Positions 50,514-64,000 of a stretch of 64,000 nucleotides of DNA are shown in pieces. The notes beneath the pieces are model-generated. The model was given only the letters and a program-made list of their open reading frames with translations, searched no databases and had not been told where the DNA came from. The DNA is taken from the NCBI GenBank assembly GCA_038087875.1, contig JAXLNO010000033.1, positions 310,001-374,000 of the forward strand, given 5' to 3'. The DNA comes from Malacoraja senta. Lineage: Eukaryota. Position 1 is the first letter of the stretch, and each line of letters opens with the position of its first letter. The position numbers and the translations under genes were made by a program.

Positions 50514-51427
50514 CTAATCTGATGGCAATCGTAATTCTCTCCCGGGGAAAGTGTGGACTCTCCAAATGTATCTCCCGCTATCTGGTATCCATGGCCGTGG
50601 CTGATTTAATGGTCCTGATCTTCGAGGTAATTCTCTCCGAGATTTCAGATGGCTATTTTCCTTATTCATTCCTCAACATAACTCAAATTTGTAAGCTGAA
50701 TATTGTCTTTAATTTTATTTGCATCGATTGCTCTGTCTGGTTAACGGTGACCTTCACCTTCGATCGATTTGTCACTATATGTACTCAGAATTTACGAACA
50801 AAATATTGCACCGAGAGAACTGCGGCTTTGGTGATAGCGCTGACATGTATCTTCTGTATTATTGAAAATATACCTATATATTTTGCCTACGTACCTCGAG
50901 AAATAATTAACAAAGTGGGCTGGTCCTGTAGCATAACCCCAGAATTCTACACCTCACCGTTATGGCCAGCCCTTTTGTCCATCGAAATCATTTTAACCCC
51001 ATTTTTACCCATTTCGCTGATCATACTCCTCAACGCCCTGACAATCAGGCACATTATACACGCTAACAGAGTGAGGAGCGGTCTTCGGGGGAAAACGAAG
51101 GACGAGGGCGGCACGGATCAAGAGGTGGAGAGCAGAAGGAAGTCCATCATTCTATTGCTGTCCATATCCGGTAGCCTCGTCCTACTGTGGATGGTAAACT
51201 TCGTGTGCTTCTTGAGTGTAAATTTCCTCAACGTGGAGCTTTCATCAACAGATAACAACCACCCATTTACCATTGCGGAACTATCCGGATATATGCTGAG
51301 GTCTCTGAGTGCTTGCATCAATACGTTTATTTATGGGGTGTCTCAGAAAAAATTCAGGGAGGAATTTATACATGTGATTAAGAGCCCGTTCGTTTTAATT
51401 TCCAATTCAATAAAGTGTTTGTTGTGA
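50514..51427 (+). CDS. GPR139-like GPCR copy 4, coding exon 2 (spliced protein 327 aa)
   Basis: Acceptor tcgtctttcctacag ends at 50513. Intact frame ANLMAIVILSRGKCGLSKC...TFDRFVTIC...NTFIY...KCLL*. The first 12 aa of the ORF-track call are intronic. Confidence 0.92.
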
Positions 51428-52396
51428 TATAAGTGTTCAAAGTGAAAACTCGTTTCTAAATTAAGTTGCCTTCTACATTATATCATTGCATCTGACTTTT
51501 CTAGACACCATTTGCACCATCGTGTCAATACCGGGCGTCAGGGTAATGTCTGCATTCCCTTTCCCCTCTGCACGCTCATTTAATTTATTCCCTACTGAGT
51601 CACTCAAATGCCCACTATTGAATCAGCAGCCCAGTTGAATCTGGGCAGTATTATAGAGGCAATTTGCCCTGTCAATTACTTGCGTCTTTGGGGCGTGCAG
51701 TAACTGGAGTCCCGTGGGAATTCCCCGCGGTGGCAGGGAGAACATGAGAAATCCACACAGCATCAGTGAACAGGATCGGAAGGAGGAGTCTGTAGGTGCA
51801 TCGTCTACAGGCAGAAGTCGTTCATCGACAAGCATGGCATTGCGTGTTAACTAGAACACTTTTATTGTACAGCTGTGAAATTATGAACACAGATATCGTA
51901 CTAGAATTGGATATAAATCTAGTTTAGCAACGGGTAAATTACTGTACTTTAACACAACGACACGTAGATACGTATTTACCAACAAGACACAACGTGTTGG
52001 AGTAACACAACAGGTCAGGCAGCAAGTCGGGAACAGAGATGGGTGACGTAATAACAAGGACCTGCTGGTGCTGGTTTATAACGAATGTCGATAGAAAACG
52101 CTGAAGTAAATAAGCGGATAAGGCAGCATTGTTGGAGAACATGCAAGGGCGAAAGGAACCCTTTTTCAGACTCATGAAGGGTTCAGACCCGCAACGTCGC
52201 CCATCCATGTTCTCCAGGGAAGCTCTCTGCTGCGATGAGTTGCTCAGTATTTTGTGTCTATCGATAGAGGGGTGACGTTTCTAGTCGGGAGAATTCTTCA
52301 CATACAGCATAGTCCTGTGTGCAGCTCTGGTGAGCATGTTACGCACAGTATTTGCGAGCAGCAGAGGTGATGCTCAACAAGATGAATGTCAGCAAT

Positions 52397-54576
52397 CTAT
52401 ATAACCATATAACCATTACAGCACGGAAACAGGCCATCTCGGCCCTTCAAGTCCGTGCCGAACATCAAAAAAAAATTAAAAATAAATAAAAATAAAAAAT
52501 TCACCCCATAGTCCCATCTACCTGCACTCAGACCATAACCCTCCATTCCTTTCCCGTCCATATACCCATCCAATCTATTTTTAAAGGATAAAATCGAACC
52601 AGGCTCCACCACTTCCACTGGAAGCTCATTCCACACAGCTACCACTCTCTGAGTAAATAAGTCCCCCCTAATGTTACCCCTAAACATCTGTCCTTTAATT
52701 CTCAAGTCATGTCCCCTTGTTTGAATCTTCCCTACTCTCAATGGAAAAAGCTTATCCACGTGAACTCTGACTAACCCGCTCATAATTTTAAAGACCTCTA
52801 TCAAGTCCCCTCTTAACCTTCTGCGCTGCAAAGAATAAAGACCTAACTTGTTCAACCTTTCTCTGTAACTTAGTTGCTGAAACCCAGGCAACATTCTAGT
52901 ATATCTCCTATGTACTCTCTATTTTGTTGACATCCTTCCTATAATTAGGCGACCAAAATTGTACTCCATACTCCAGAATTGGCCTCACCAATGCCTTGTA
53001 CAATTTTAACATTACATCCCAACTTCTATATTCAATGCTCTGATTTATAAAGGCCAGCACCCCAAAAGCTTTCTTTACCACCCTATCTACATGAGATTCC
53101 ACCTTCAGGGAACTATGCACAGTTATTCCTAGATCCCTCTGTTCAACTGCATTCCTCAATTCTCTACCATTTACCATGTACGTCCTATTTTGATTTGTCC
53201 TGCCGAGATGTAGTACCTCACATTTATCATCATTAAACTCCATCTGCCATCTTTCAGCCCACTCTTCCAAATGGCCTAAATCTCTCTGTAGACTTTGAAA
53301 ATCTACTTCATTATCCACCACACCACCTATCTTAGTATTATCTGCATACTTACTAATCCAATTTTCCACACCATCATCCAGATCATTGATGTACATGACA
53401 AACAACAGTGGACCCAACACAGACCCCTGAGGCACCCATCTAACCTGACAAACTAGTCACCGGCCTCCAACCTGACAAACAGCCATCCACCATTACTCTC
53501 TGGCATCTCCCATTCAGCCACTGTTGAATCCATCTTGCTACTCCACCATTAATACCCAACAATTGAATCTTCTTAACCAACCTTCCATGAGGAACCTTGT
53601 CAAAGGCCTTACTGAAGTCCATATAGACAACATCCATTGCTTTACCCTCATCAATTTCACTAGTAACCTCTTCGAAAAATTCTAGAAGATTAGTCAAACA
53701 TGACCTTCCAGGCACAAATCCATGTTGACTGTTCCTAATCAGACCCTGCTTATGCAGATGCTTATATATATTATCTTTAAGTATCCTTTCCATTAATTTG
53801 CCCACCACTGACGTCAAACTAACAGGTCTATAATTGCTAGGTTTGCTCTTAGAACCCTTTTTAAACAACGGAACAACATGCGCAGTACGCCAATCCTGCG
53901 GCACTATTCCCGTTTCTAATGACATTTGAAATATTTCTGTCATAGCCCCTGCTATTTCTACACTAACTTCCCTCAATGTCCTCGGGAATATCCTGTCAGG
54001 ACCTGGAGACTTATCCGTTTTCATATTTTTCAAAAGTGTCCGCACCTCCTCTTCTTTGAATCTCATAGTTTACATTGCTACTCTGCTTGTTTCCCTTACC
54101 TCACATAATTCCATATCCTTCTCCTTGGTGAATACCGAAGAAAAGAAATTGTTCAGTATCTCCCCCATCTCTTTTGGCTCTGCAGATAGCTGTCCACTCT
54201 GACTCTCTAATGGACCAATTTTATTCCTTGTTATCCTTTTGCTATTAATATAGCTGTAGAAACCCTTTGGATTTACTTTCACCTTACTTGCCAAAGCAAC
54301 CTCATATCTTCTTTTAGCTTTTCTAATTTCTTTCTTAATATTCTTTTTACATTCTTTACATTCCTCAAGCACCTCATTTACTCCATGCTGCCTATAATTA
54401 TTGTAGATGTCTCTCTTTTTCCGAACCAAGTGTCCAATTTCCCTTGAAAACCATGGCTCTTTCCAATTTTTACTATTTCCTTTCAACCGAACAGGTACAT
54501 AAAGATTCTGTACTGTTAAAATTTCACCTTTAAATGTCCTCCATTTCTCTTCTACATCCTTCCCATAAAACAACAA
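52397..54576 (-). mobile_element. 5'-truncated CR1 LINE (RT half), a different subfamily
   Basis: KSPGPD, YMDFSKAFDKV, PQGSVLGP and KYADN on the minus strand; tail (tggttata)n near 52397-52417. Confidence 0.9.
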
Positions 54577-55654
54577 TATATTGAATTACAACCTGCATGC
54601 AGTGACAAACAGTGCCAATTTCAGCCCAAGAAAGCTGGTACGGTTGCTGTCTCGCAAGGCGAAATATCCCGGTTCGATTCTGAGCTTGTGTGCAGTCGTT
54701 GTAGAACTTACAAGTTATTCCTGATATGTCGTGTATTTGCTCAATGTGCCCCGGTTCCCTCCCACATTCTAAAGTTGTGTGGGTTTTATGGGCGTCTGTA
54801 AATTGTCCAAATTTTGTCTGGATTGGACTAGAAAGTGGACTAACGTAGAACTAAACACACTCTGAGGCCCCCCACGGTCGAAGCTGCAGCCGGCGTCAGA
54901 CACCACTCCCAGGCCGAACCTCCTGACGGTGAAGCTCCACCTACCTGCACAGCTTCCCCCGTCGATCCCGCTGTGCCTGTCCACGCCACTGACGACCTTA
55001 CCCCCACACTCCGTCCGCCGGCGGGCCGGTGCCATTGACTCCACCGTTCCTTCCCTCACAACCGGACATTAGCGGGCCGGATCTGTCGGCTCACATCGGT
55101 TCCAGGCTCTGTTCCATGCAGAGGGCTCCATGATGCCGGCCCCAACAACTTCGCGTTCATCAGTTCATTAGTTCATAAGTGCTTGGAGCTGAATCAGGCC
55201 ATTCGGCCCATCAGGTCCACTCCGTCGTTCAATTATGGCTGACCTTGCATTCCCTCCCAGTCCCCTTTTTTCTGCATTCTCCTCATAACCATTGACACCT
55301 GTACTAATCAAGAATCTATCTATATTGGCCTTAAAAATATCCATTGACGGTCTCCATAGGCTTCTGGGGACTGTACAGGGGACCGAGGTACAGTGAAAAG
55401 CTTTTGTTGCGTGCTAACCAGTCAGTAGAAAGACAATGCGTAATCAATTTACAGTGTTTCTTACATGATCAGAGAATATCGTTTAGTGCAATGTGGAGCT
55501 AGCAAAGTCGGATCAAGGATAGCCGGAGAATCAAAGAGATAGGTAGTAGTTTAATATTGCTCTCCCGTTGTGGGAGATTGGTTCAGTTGCCTGAATATAG
55601 TGGAGTGCGTGTTGGACACTTCTATACCTTTTACCTGATGGGAAAAGTATCATT

Positions 55655-56700
55655 TGCCTATAACCACACAGACGATCACCAGGCCATCCTCTCCCAGACT
55701 GTTTCTGATCTCACCGCCTCTGACGATCTGCTATCCATAACCTCCACCATGTTCCCCAATGCTCGCTTCCATCACCACCCAAAAATCTACAATGCAGGCT
55801 GGCCTGGCAGACCCATTGTTTCTGCCTGCTCCTGTTCCGCTGAACTCATCTCCACTTTCCTCGATTCTATCCCATCCCTCCTTGTCCGTTGCATTCCCAC
55901 CTACGCCCAAGGCAACTCAGGCACCCTTTATTTCTTCAATAACTTTCAGCTGCTAGACATCCGATGCAAATTTTTACCATGCACGTCCAGTCCCTTCCGT
56001 CCTCCATCCTTCACTTTGTCTCAAGGCCCCCCGGTTCATCCTCGATCAGAGACCCATTCAATGTCCCTCTATTAACAATCTCCTACGCTGGTGGAATTTC
56101 TCCGCGCCCTGGCCAACTTTGGACTCCTCTCACTCTGTCCACGTCAAGCGTGTACTCAATGCGTGAATGGATGCCACGTACATTCGAATGGGCACCAGCT
56201 ATGTCTGCCTTTTTTCGGTTACGTTCGACAATTCTTGTTGCATTTGTACTCTGGCCCCATCCGCCAACCCTTTTACCGCTGTATTTATGTCTGCATCGGG
56301 ACTGCCGACTGCATCCGTGAAGGTTTCGTTGATTTCATGCCCTTTACCACTAAGATCCACCGTCCCTCAAATTCATCTGGATTATCTCTGCCACTTATTT
56401 CCCCTTTACTTGTTATTTTATCTCCATCAGAGGGGAGAGACTAACGATTGATGTTTACTGAAGTCCTCCCGAGTGCCACGATTATCCGGACTACCCTTCC
56501 TCCCACACTGCCTCTTGCAAGGACGTTATCCTCTAAACTCCGTCTCCGCCACATCTGCTCCCAGGACGAGGCTTTCTAGTTGAGGACTCCCAAGTTTGTC
56601 CTTATTCTTCAGTGGACGTGGTTACCCCGGTGATGTCATAAATTGATCCCCCCACTCACGTCTCATCTGCGACCCGCATTTCTACTCTGCTCTGGATTGC
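55655..56700 (+). mobile_element. Penelope-like element RT fragment (decayed)
   Basis: PKIYN..WPGRPIVSACSCSAELISTFLDS, FTMHVQSL, MGTSYVCLF. Confidence 0.75.
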
Positions 56701-58197
56701 TGAAGAACAGCACATGTGATATAGTTATGCAGGTGTAACAGCAGGTGTAACAGTCAGATATCAGTGATAGTGACGTTATTGGATCGGATCGAAGAAGATG
56801 TGTGTTGATTACATTGATGGAAAGATGAAGCGTAGAAACAGTCCCACCGAGTCCACGCCATCTACCGGCCATTCACGGTAGTTCTAAAAGAGAGCGCTCT
56901 GATGGGCAATTTACAGACGCCGATTAACGTCTCCAGCAGCGGTGGCACAGAGCCGTCCACTTGGAAAGTCAGGATTACTTGGACAAAGGCAGTCGCTTTT
57001 TGCAGAAGATTATGTTTGACTTTTTTATTTCACTCTTTCAGAGGCAATGAGGCATTGATGACACAGTGTACTTGATGTAATTGGCATAAACTTAAGGGAA
57101 GCCTTTGGCCAGCTCCCATAGTTACAGTTCACAAAGCTGGATGCCGCGGGATGAAGACTTCGAAAGTTGGATGGAGAATTGGCCTGGAAAACTCTGGCGA
57201 AGGTTAAAATAATTCGGGTGTGAGGGTGGGGAGGAGGTACAAGGAAGGAAGGCAACAAGGATACTTTGTTCATTGAAGCATTATGACAACAAATAAAATC
57301 CACATGTAATCATTGTATCATCAGTTATAAAAAAAACTGTCGGCGCTGTGAGTGACTGAACTCTGGGTTTTTCGAAGTAGAAACTATTAAGATCTTGAAT
57401 AAACTGACGTTTGAAAAACTCGCCACTGCTCGTTGAGATGTCTTCGTATGTCTGCCGTTCTCAGCTGTCACTAACAGGACAAGTAGGTCCCAGGTGAAAG
57501 TGAGATGCAAGGTGCAGGTTAAAGAGAACATTCTCTAAAACATCTCCTTAGAGTTGATAACCACTAATGCGGGCAGCGTTCTGGCAAAACTCTCCTGCAG
57601 CTTCCTCATTCCCTGCCCATGGTCCCTGTAATTGAACTTCCATACCTATACGCAAAATAAAAACGCCCTATGCTAATTAATCTTTCCAAAGTACATAACT
57701 TCACAATTATCTGGATTAAATTGCATCTACCATTGCTCAGCCATTTTAACCAAATATCATATTGCAGCCAATAATTATCTTCCTCACTGTGAACAATACC
57801 ATCATTTTGTAGACATCTACAGACTTACTGGTCATATCCCACATTGCGCAAATGCAAAGCATAAAATCAATAAGGTTACGGGAGAACGTACAAACTCCGT
57901 AAAGATAAGCACCTGTAGTAAGGATAGAACCCGGTTCGCTGGCCCTGTAAGGCAGTAGCTCTACCGTTACGACACCGTGTCGGCAGTGGGATAACATAGA
58001 TGTAGTGTTACTATGACAGGCTATTAAGCTCCCGCGTTTAAGTTTCTGTTTTGCAACTTTTGTGTGAACCCATATTTTCTAGATTTCTATCTGCGTATTT
58101 GAACACATGTTCTCATTTTACCCACAGATTGCATAACACATATATTGTCTCTCTCCCTGTCATAATGGTTGAGATATTTCCCGGCTAAATATAGCTG

Positions 58198-58325
58198 GGA
58201 GAGAGAGAGAAAGAGAGAGAGATAGAGAGAGAGGGAAAGAGAGGGAGAGAGAGAGAGAGAGAGGGGTGGGAGGGAGAGAGAGAGGGTGAGAGAGAAATAA
58301 AGAGAGAAAGAGAGCGAGAAGAGAG

Positions 58326-58411
<86 letters not shown>

Positions 58412-58562
58412 TGGTGGTGGGGGTGAGAATGGGGGAGAGAAAGAGATAGGTAGATAGTTAGCTGGATAGATTGATAGGGAGAGAGAGAGAAACATAGAGA
58501 GAGAGGGACAGAGAGAGAGGGGGCAGGGGGAGAGAGAGAGAGAGAGTGAGAGTGAGAGAGAG
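58198..58562. repeat. Complex GA-rich microsatellite
   Basis: Interrupted (GA)n. Confidence 0.95.
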
Positions 58563-59224
58563 CGAATATAACGAATTACATATATCCTCACTATCTCGAA
58601 AAAACATTGCAAAGATCTAATAGATTGTCGTCACTAATATTATGGCAAAAATAAATCACAACGGAACGAACATTTAAATAGTTCTGCTAGTCTTTGAATT
58701 GGAATAAGTAATAAATACATTTAATACATTGGAATATATTGCAGACGCCACCAAATTGCTCACGTAGAACCGAGATATTCATAATTTGTAAAGTCATGTT
58801 TTACATTTCCGTTGAAAACATAAGCAATATCTCGTCACATCCCCAGCTAGAACGATCGATATACGATGATGAGATCAATGTATCTACTCTTTAAGATAAT
58901 ACTGTCAGACAACGTGTTACTTGGAAGCACACGATGCCTCAATTGAAATGTCGGGCCTTACACTAAATACAATTCAGAATCGCAAACCTCAGAGAAAAGT
59001 GCAAAGTCATTACTGAATTCGCTTTCACCGAGGCCACAGCTGACAATGGCCTGTTCATCATCATTATTTGTTTGCATATCTTTCCTTCTACTCTACTCTG
59101 CTTCCTAACATCATTCTCCCGCCTCTTCCCCTTATCCCCTGACACCCGTACTAATCAAGAAATAACTACATAAGACTCAGGTTGCCTATAACTAATATAC
59201 TATGCCAATATTTATTAATTTAAT

Positions 59225-59543
59225 TTAGCTTAGTTTAGAGATACAGCGCGGAAACTGGCCTTTCGGCCTACCGAGTCCGTGCCGACCAGTGAGCCCCGCA
59301 CATTAACACCATCCCGCACAAACAAGGGACAATTTTACATTTATTCATTTATACCATCCCAATTAATGTACAAACCCTTAAATCTTTGGAATATGGGAGG
59401 AAACTGGACATCCCGGAGAGAACCTACGCAGGTTACGGGAAGAACGATCATCCTCCGTGCAGGCAGCAGGCGTAGTCGGGATCGAACCCGGGTCTCTGTT
59501 TCTGTAAGGAAGCAACCTTATCGCTGCGCCACCGTGGCGCCCT
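59225..59543 (-). mobile_element. V-SINE/HE1-like SINE
   Basis: Reverse-complement tail ttagtttagagatac and head cgctgcgccaccgtg. Confidence 0.75.
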
Positions 59544-59744
59544 AATCCATGATTCAAATCTAAGTCACGAGCCCTCCAGGACATTATGGAAGACGAGATC
59601 CATGTATGGAGTAAGCAGCGTCCATCTCTATATAATTGACCTGGACTAGGTGGACGTTAACCAAAGAAGGATAAGTCTATTACACGGGAACATACTGAAT
59701 ACAGGATAATTTATGCCAAGTTTGCATATAATGCGAAAATACGC

Positions 59745-60550
59745 GAAGAGGATGCAGGACTTAGACGGGTTGGGAGAGTGGGCAGAGAAATGCCAGATGG
59801 AATACATAGCAACGTGTGGAGTCATGCATTTTGGTAAAGACGTCGACTATTTTCTAAATGGGGAGAGTCCAGAAATCGGAGGCGTGAAGGGACTTGGGAG
59901 TGCTGGTGCACGATTCCCGAAATGTGAATTTGCAAGTCGAATCAGTAGTAGGAAAGCAAATGCAATGCTCGCATTTATTTCAAGAGAAATGTAATTTAAA
60001 AAAAACAGGGATGTACTGCTGAGGCTTTATAAGGCGCTGGTTACGCCACATTTGTGCTGGAGAGGGTCCAGAGGAGGTTTATGAAAATTGATCCAGGAAT
60101 TAGTGGGTTAACATATGACAAGCATCTGTCGGTACTGGGCCACTGCTAACTGGAGGTTGGAAGGATGAGGGAGGCCCTCATTGAAACTTAGCGAACAGTG
60201 AAAGGCCTGGATAGAGTGGATGTGAAGAGGATGTTTCCACTAGTGGATGAGACGAGGGCCAGAGGTCACAGCCTCAGAATTAAAGCACGTTCCTTTAGGA
60301 AGGGGATGAGGCGGATTATTTCTCGTCAAAGGGTGGTGAAGCAGTGGGATTTATTGCCACAGAAGGCTGTGCAGGACGTGAATAGTTATTTTCAAGGCAG
60401 AGATAGATAGATTCGTGGTTAGTACAGATGTCAGGGGTTATGGGGAGAACGCAAGAAAATTGGGTTTGGATGGAGAGATAGATTTGCTAATATTAAATGA
60501 CGGGGTGTATTTGATGGGCCAAATGGCCTAATTCCCTCATGCACTTATAA
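59745..60550 (+). mobile_element. CR1 3' fragment
   Basis: DLDGLGEWAEK and RARGHSLRIK. Confidence 0.7.
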
Positions 60551-60849
60551 CGGCTTCTTGATACAAGATTTAATTTATTTACGAAGTCGGGAAGAGCATT
60601 AGAACGAGAGATCACATGATGACGTAAGGATAGCACTGATAGGAGGGACCGTGCGTCGGGCCCAACGAGTAAAGTTCAGTATAGAAGCTTAACATCAGTA
60701 TTTCATGTTGGTGAAAATGTTTAATTGGTCAGAAACTGCAAGTGACTGGTGAAAAACATATAATGTGCATCACGGGTTATCAATTTCACAGTGATTATAT
60801 GGAATACCCGTTGATGTTGAAAAGGGGAAATTCTAGTAGAAAAATAAAA

Positions 60850-61960
60850 TGGGCACTGGATAGTGAAGTAGAGGTGAAGCAATTTTGCTCGGAAAATTAC
60901 GAAACTGGTCGAGCTCAGAAAGAACTAAAGGGAAATACTCGAGGGACTTGTTTACAGGTTTCCGAACGGCAGCACTAAGAGAAGGCATAAAATAAATCGG
61001 AAAATGGGAGACACCTGTAAGAAGGATGACACAATAATAATGGACACCTATGTAAACTGGACAAACGAGGTAGTGGTAACGTGATCGATAAATGAATGGA
61101 ATGCACAGCACATGGATATTCTTATCAACATATTTGGACTCCATTGGGGGAGTGGGCTGCTTAGATCATGTTCCGTGCAACGAGAAGTGGCTAGGTAATA
61201 ATCTTCCAGCGAGCGGAGAATTAGCAAACTGTGAACTCTCCATAAAAGATTGGTACAGAACATATTTAAAGTTATTATCCATTCAAATTCTGGATGCTGG
61301 ATTCTTGAGCAAAACATGTTCCTTGGGGAACTCACTGGCTGAATCAGCATCTAGTGAGGAAACAGACAGACGATATTTCGTGTTGAGACCCTCTTTAGAC
61401 TGGGTGAAATGAGACTGAATTTGGCTATTGTTAAATCGGACACTAAATCAAAAGGCATAGTGTAAATGGGCAGTAGTTATCATTATTAGAAAAAAAGTGA
61501 ACGCTGGAATCAAAAAGGCCGTAAGTCCAACAGTAAGCTGGAAAGTCCAAGTCAAACAGAAAGGTCAATGGTAGCAATATAACAAGAAAAGGTTGACAGT
61601 AGTTACCAATGAAGCGGGAAGCAGGAGGCATCAGGATGTCGAAGAGTTCAGCAAAGTAGAGCAACATTTTACATGGAAGGATGAGTTGAAGAGGAAAATA
61701 TTACGGAGAGTAACGAACAGAGAACAATAATAAATACGTTCAAAATGAAAGATGAGAACAGAACTGTCGAGAACGGGAGAAATTAGATACGATTTAAAAA
61801 TCACAGAGAAATTTAAGATTTATCTGGTGTGGGAATTTATGTAAAAGTCAACGGTATCGTAAAACAACTTCACAAAAGGCAAAGTGGCTGTCCTTTATGC
61901 AAAGGGAACAACTTATCGACACTGACTGGAGAATAATAATTACAAGTAAACGTTTGTATT
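60850..61960 (+). mobile_element. Very old CR1 ORF2 remnant
   Basis: LDHVPCNEKWLGNNL resembles CR1 endonuclease LDWVLCNE-type motifs; downstream composition is CR1-like. Confidence 0.45.
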
Positions 61961-62610
61961 TTCAAGCATGCATCTGCGATTCAACAGCACGAGTATATTA
62001 TGTGTCTTCGTGGGAGAAGGCATTCTGAATCTGCTTTCTGAAAGCCATGGTCAGGCGCACCAGGCGCAATAAATGGGCACTACATGGTAAAGTTCATGTT
62101 GCTATCATTGCTTCTTTAGCAAACTAAAATATAACTCATCATCGAAAGAGGTTTAACTTGAATTCGATGTGAGATGATTTCCCTTTCTAAAATGGAGCAA
62201 TGCCTTGTCTCAAATGGATATGGGTAGCATTTAGAGATTGAAGCCTGTAGGTGCTATGAATCGTTTGAACACTCTGGATTCTCTCAGAAGGGTTCGCAGT
62301 ATACATGGTTAATGCCTTGAATAAACGGATTTGTTTGAGAATCTCAATACTGCTCATTGAGATGACATTTTGTGCCTGCCATTGTGAGCTATATGTAACA
62401 CCAAATCAAGAATATGCGATCACACAAGCTGTATCATCACGTATGTGTTTAATGTATAACACAGGCACATGCAACGTGTTCACGAATCACGCTTGAACTG
62501 GTCTAGAAGCAGAATACATACTGCGATTCGTAGATGTTAGATTAGGTTTAGAATCCTCCTTTCAATATCTCTTTGGAAGCAGGGAGTGGAAGCGCAGCCT
62601 GGCGACCAGA

Positions 62611-62910
62611 TTTAGTTTTAGTTCACTGTAGAGATACAGCGTGAAAACAGGCCATTCGGCCAACCGAGTCTGCACCGACCGGCAAAACCCGCACATTGAC
62701 ACCATCCTATAGACGTGAGGAACAATTTACATCAATCCCAAGCCAATTAACCTACAAACCTGTACGTCTCTGAAGTGTGGGAGGAAATCGAAGATCTCGG
62801 AGAAAACCCGCGCAGTTTACGGGGAGAACATACAACGCCGTTAAGATAAGCACCCGTAGTCAGGATCGAACCCTGTTCGCTGGCCCTCTACCTCCATGGC
62901 ACCGTGCCGC
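62611..62910 (-). mobile_element. V-SINE/HE1-like SINE
   Basis: Same reverse-complement tail, core and B-box. Confidence 0.7.
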
Positions 62911-63332
62911 CGTACCAAAGTGCGGTCAAAGGATTGAGAGGTGTACGTCTTTGATAATTGTGCAGCAGTCGCCGAGAATGTTGGACAAGTGGTGTGTTGA
63001 TAATGCTTTGGTAGCGTGCTCTAGAGTTCGGATGGATTGAAGACCTCGGCTATTATGAACAAGACCTCGGGTGTTTTGTTTGAATGGTATTGAGTGGCGG
63101 CACAGTGTGGTGAAAAGCTCCCGAGAACCGGGCTAGATCCAACCATCTGATACTCTCCGTGTGCAGTTTCCAGTTTCTCCTCGTAACGGCCTGAGTTTCC
63201 ATCGGGTTTTCCGTTTCCTTCAACGTCGCAATGGAGTACGGGTTTGTACGACAAATGTCCCCTGCAAAATAGCCCCTAAGGATCTAGTGTTGTTTTGACA
63301 GGCTATTAAACTCCCGCGTTTGTTTCTGTTTT

Positions 63333-64000
<668 letters not shown>

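Noticed and set aside
58160..58612. 150-aa LSLSL ORF
   Set aside because: Microsatellite translation.
60742..61412. Short ORFs as a possible host gene
   Set aside because: Better explained as a very decayed CR1 endonuclease region.
62047..62092. ATG...G|GTAAAG resembling another phase-1 first exon (MVRRTRRNKWALH)
   Set aside because: No similarity to the GPCR exon 1, no conserved promoter block, and no partner exon in the window.

Overview
Eukaryotic, repeat-rich vertebrate DNA. The repeat set (HE1/V-SINE-type SINEs, HER1/CR1 LINEs, Penelope-like elements) suggests a cartilaginous fish, probably a skate or ray (inference). The only host genes are a + strand tandem array of four two-exon class-A GPCR paralogues of the GPR139/GPR142-like type. 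Copy 1 has only exon 2 in the window (3242-4152). Copy 2 (26454-26523 + 28910-29820, 326 aa) and copy 4 (48834-48903 + 50514-51427, 327 aa) are intact. Copy 3 (33997-34066 + 37438-~38480) is a pseudogene. The 70-nt first coding exons are missed by the ORF track and sit behind a conserved TAATCC-containing upstream block. Between copies 1 and 2 is a three-level TE nest: a CR1 LINE, cut by a Gmr1-type Ty3/Gypsy LTR element (IN before RT, tRNA-Pro PBS), whose gag is interrupted by a structurally complete DIRS1-type tyrosine-recombinase retrotransposon with an ATT junction and an ICR. Dispersed Penelope-derived repeats carry minimal hammerhead-ribozyme motifs. The rest is CR1 copies, Penelope fragments, SINEs, local duplications and microsatellites. 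All alignments and counts were done by eye, so repeat boundaries are approximate.
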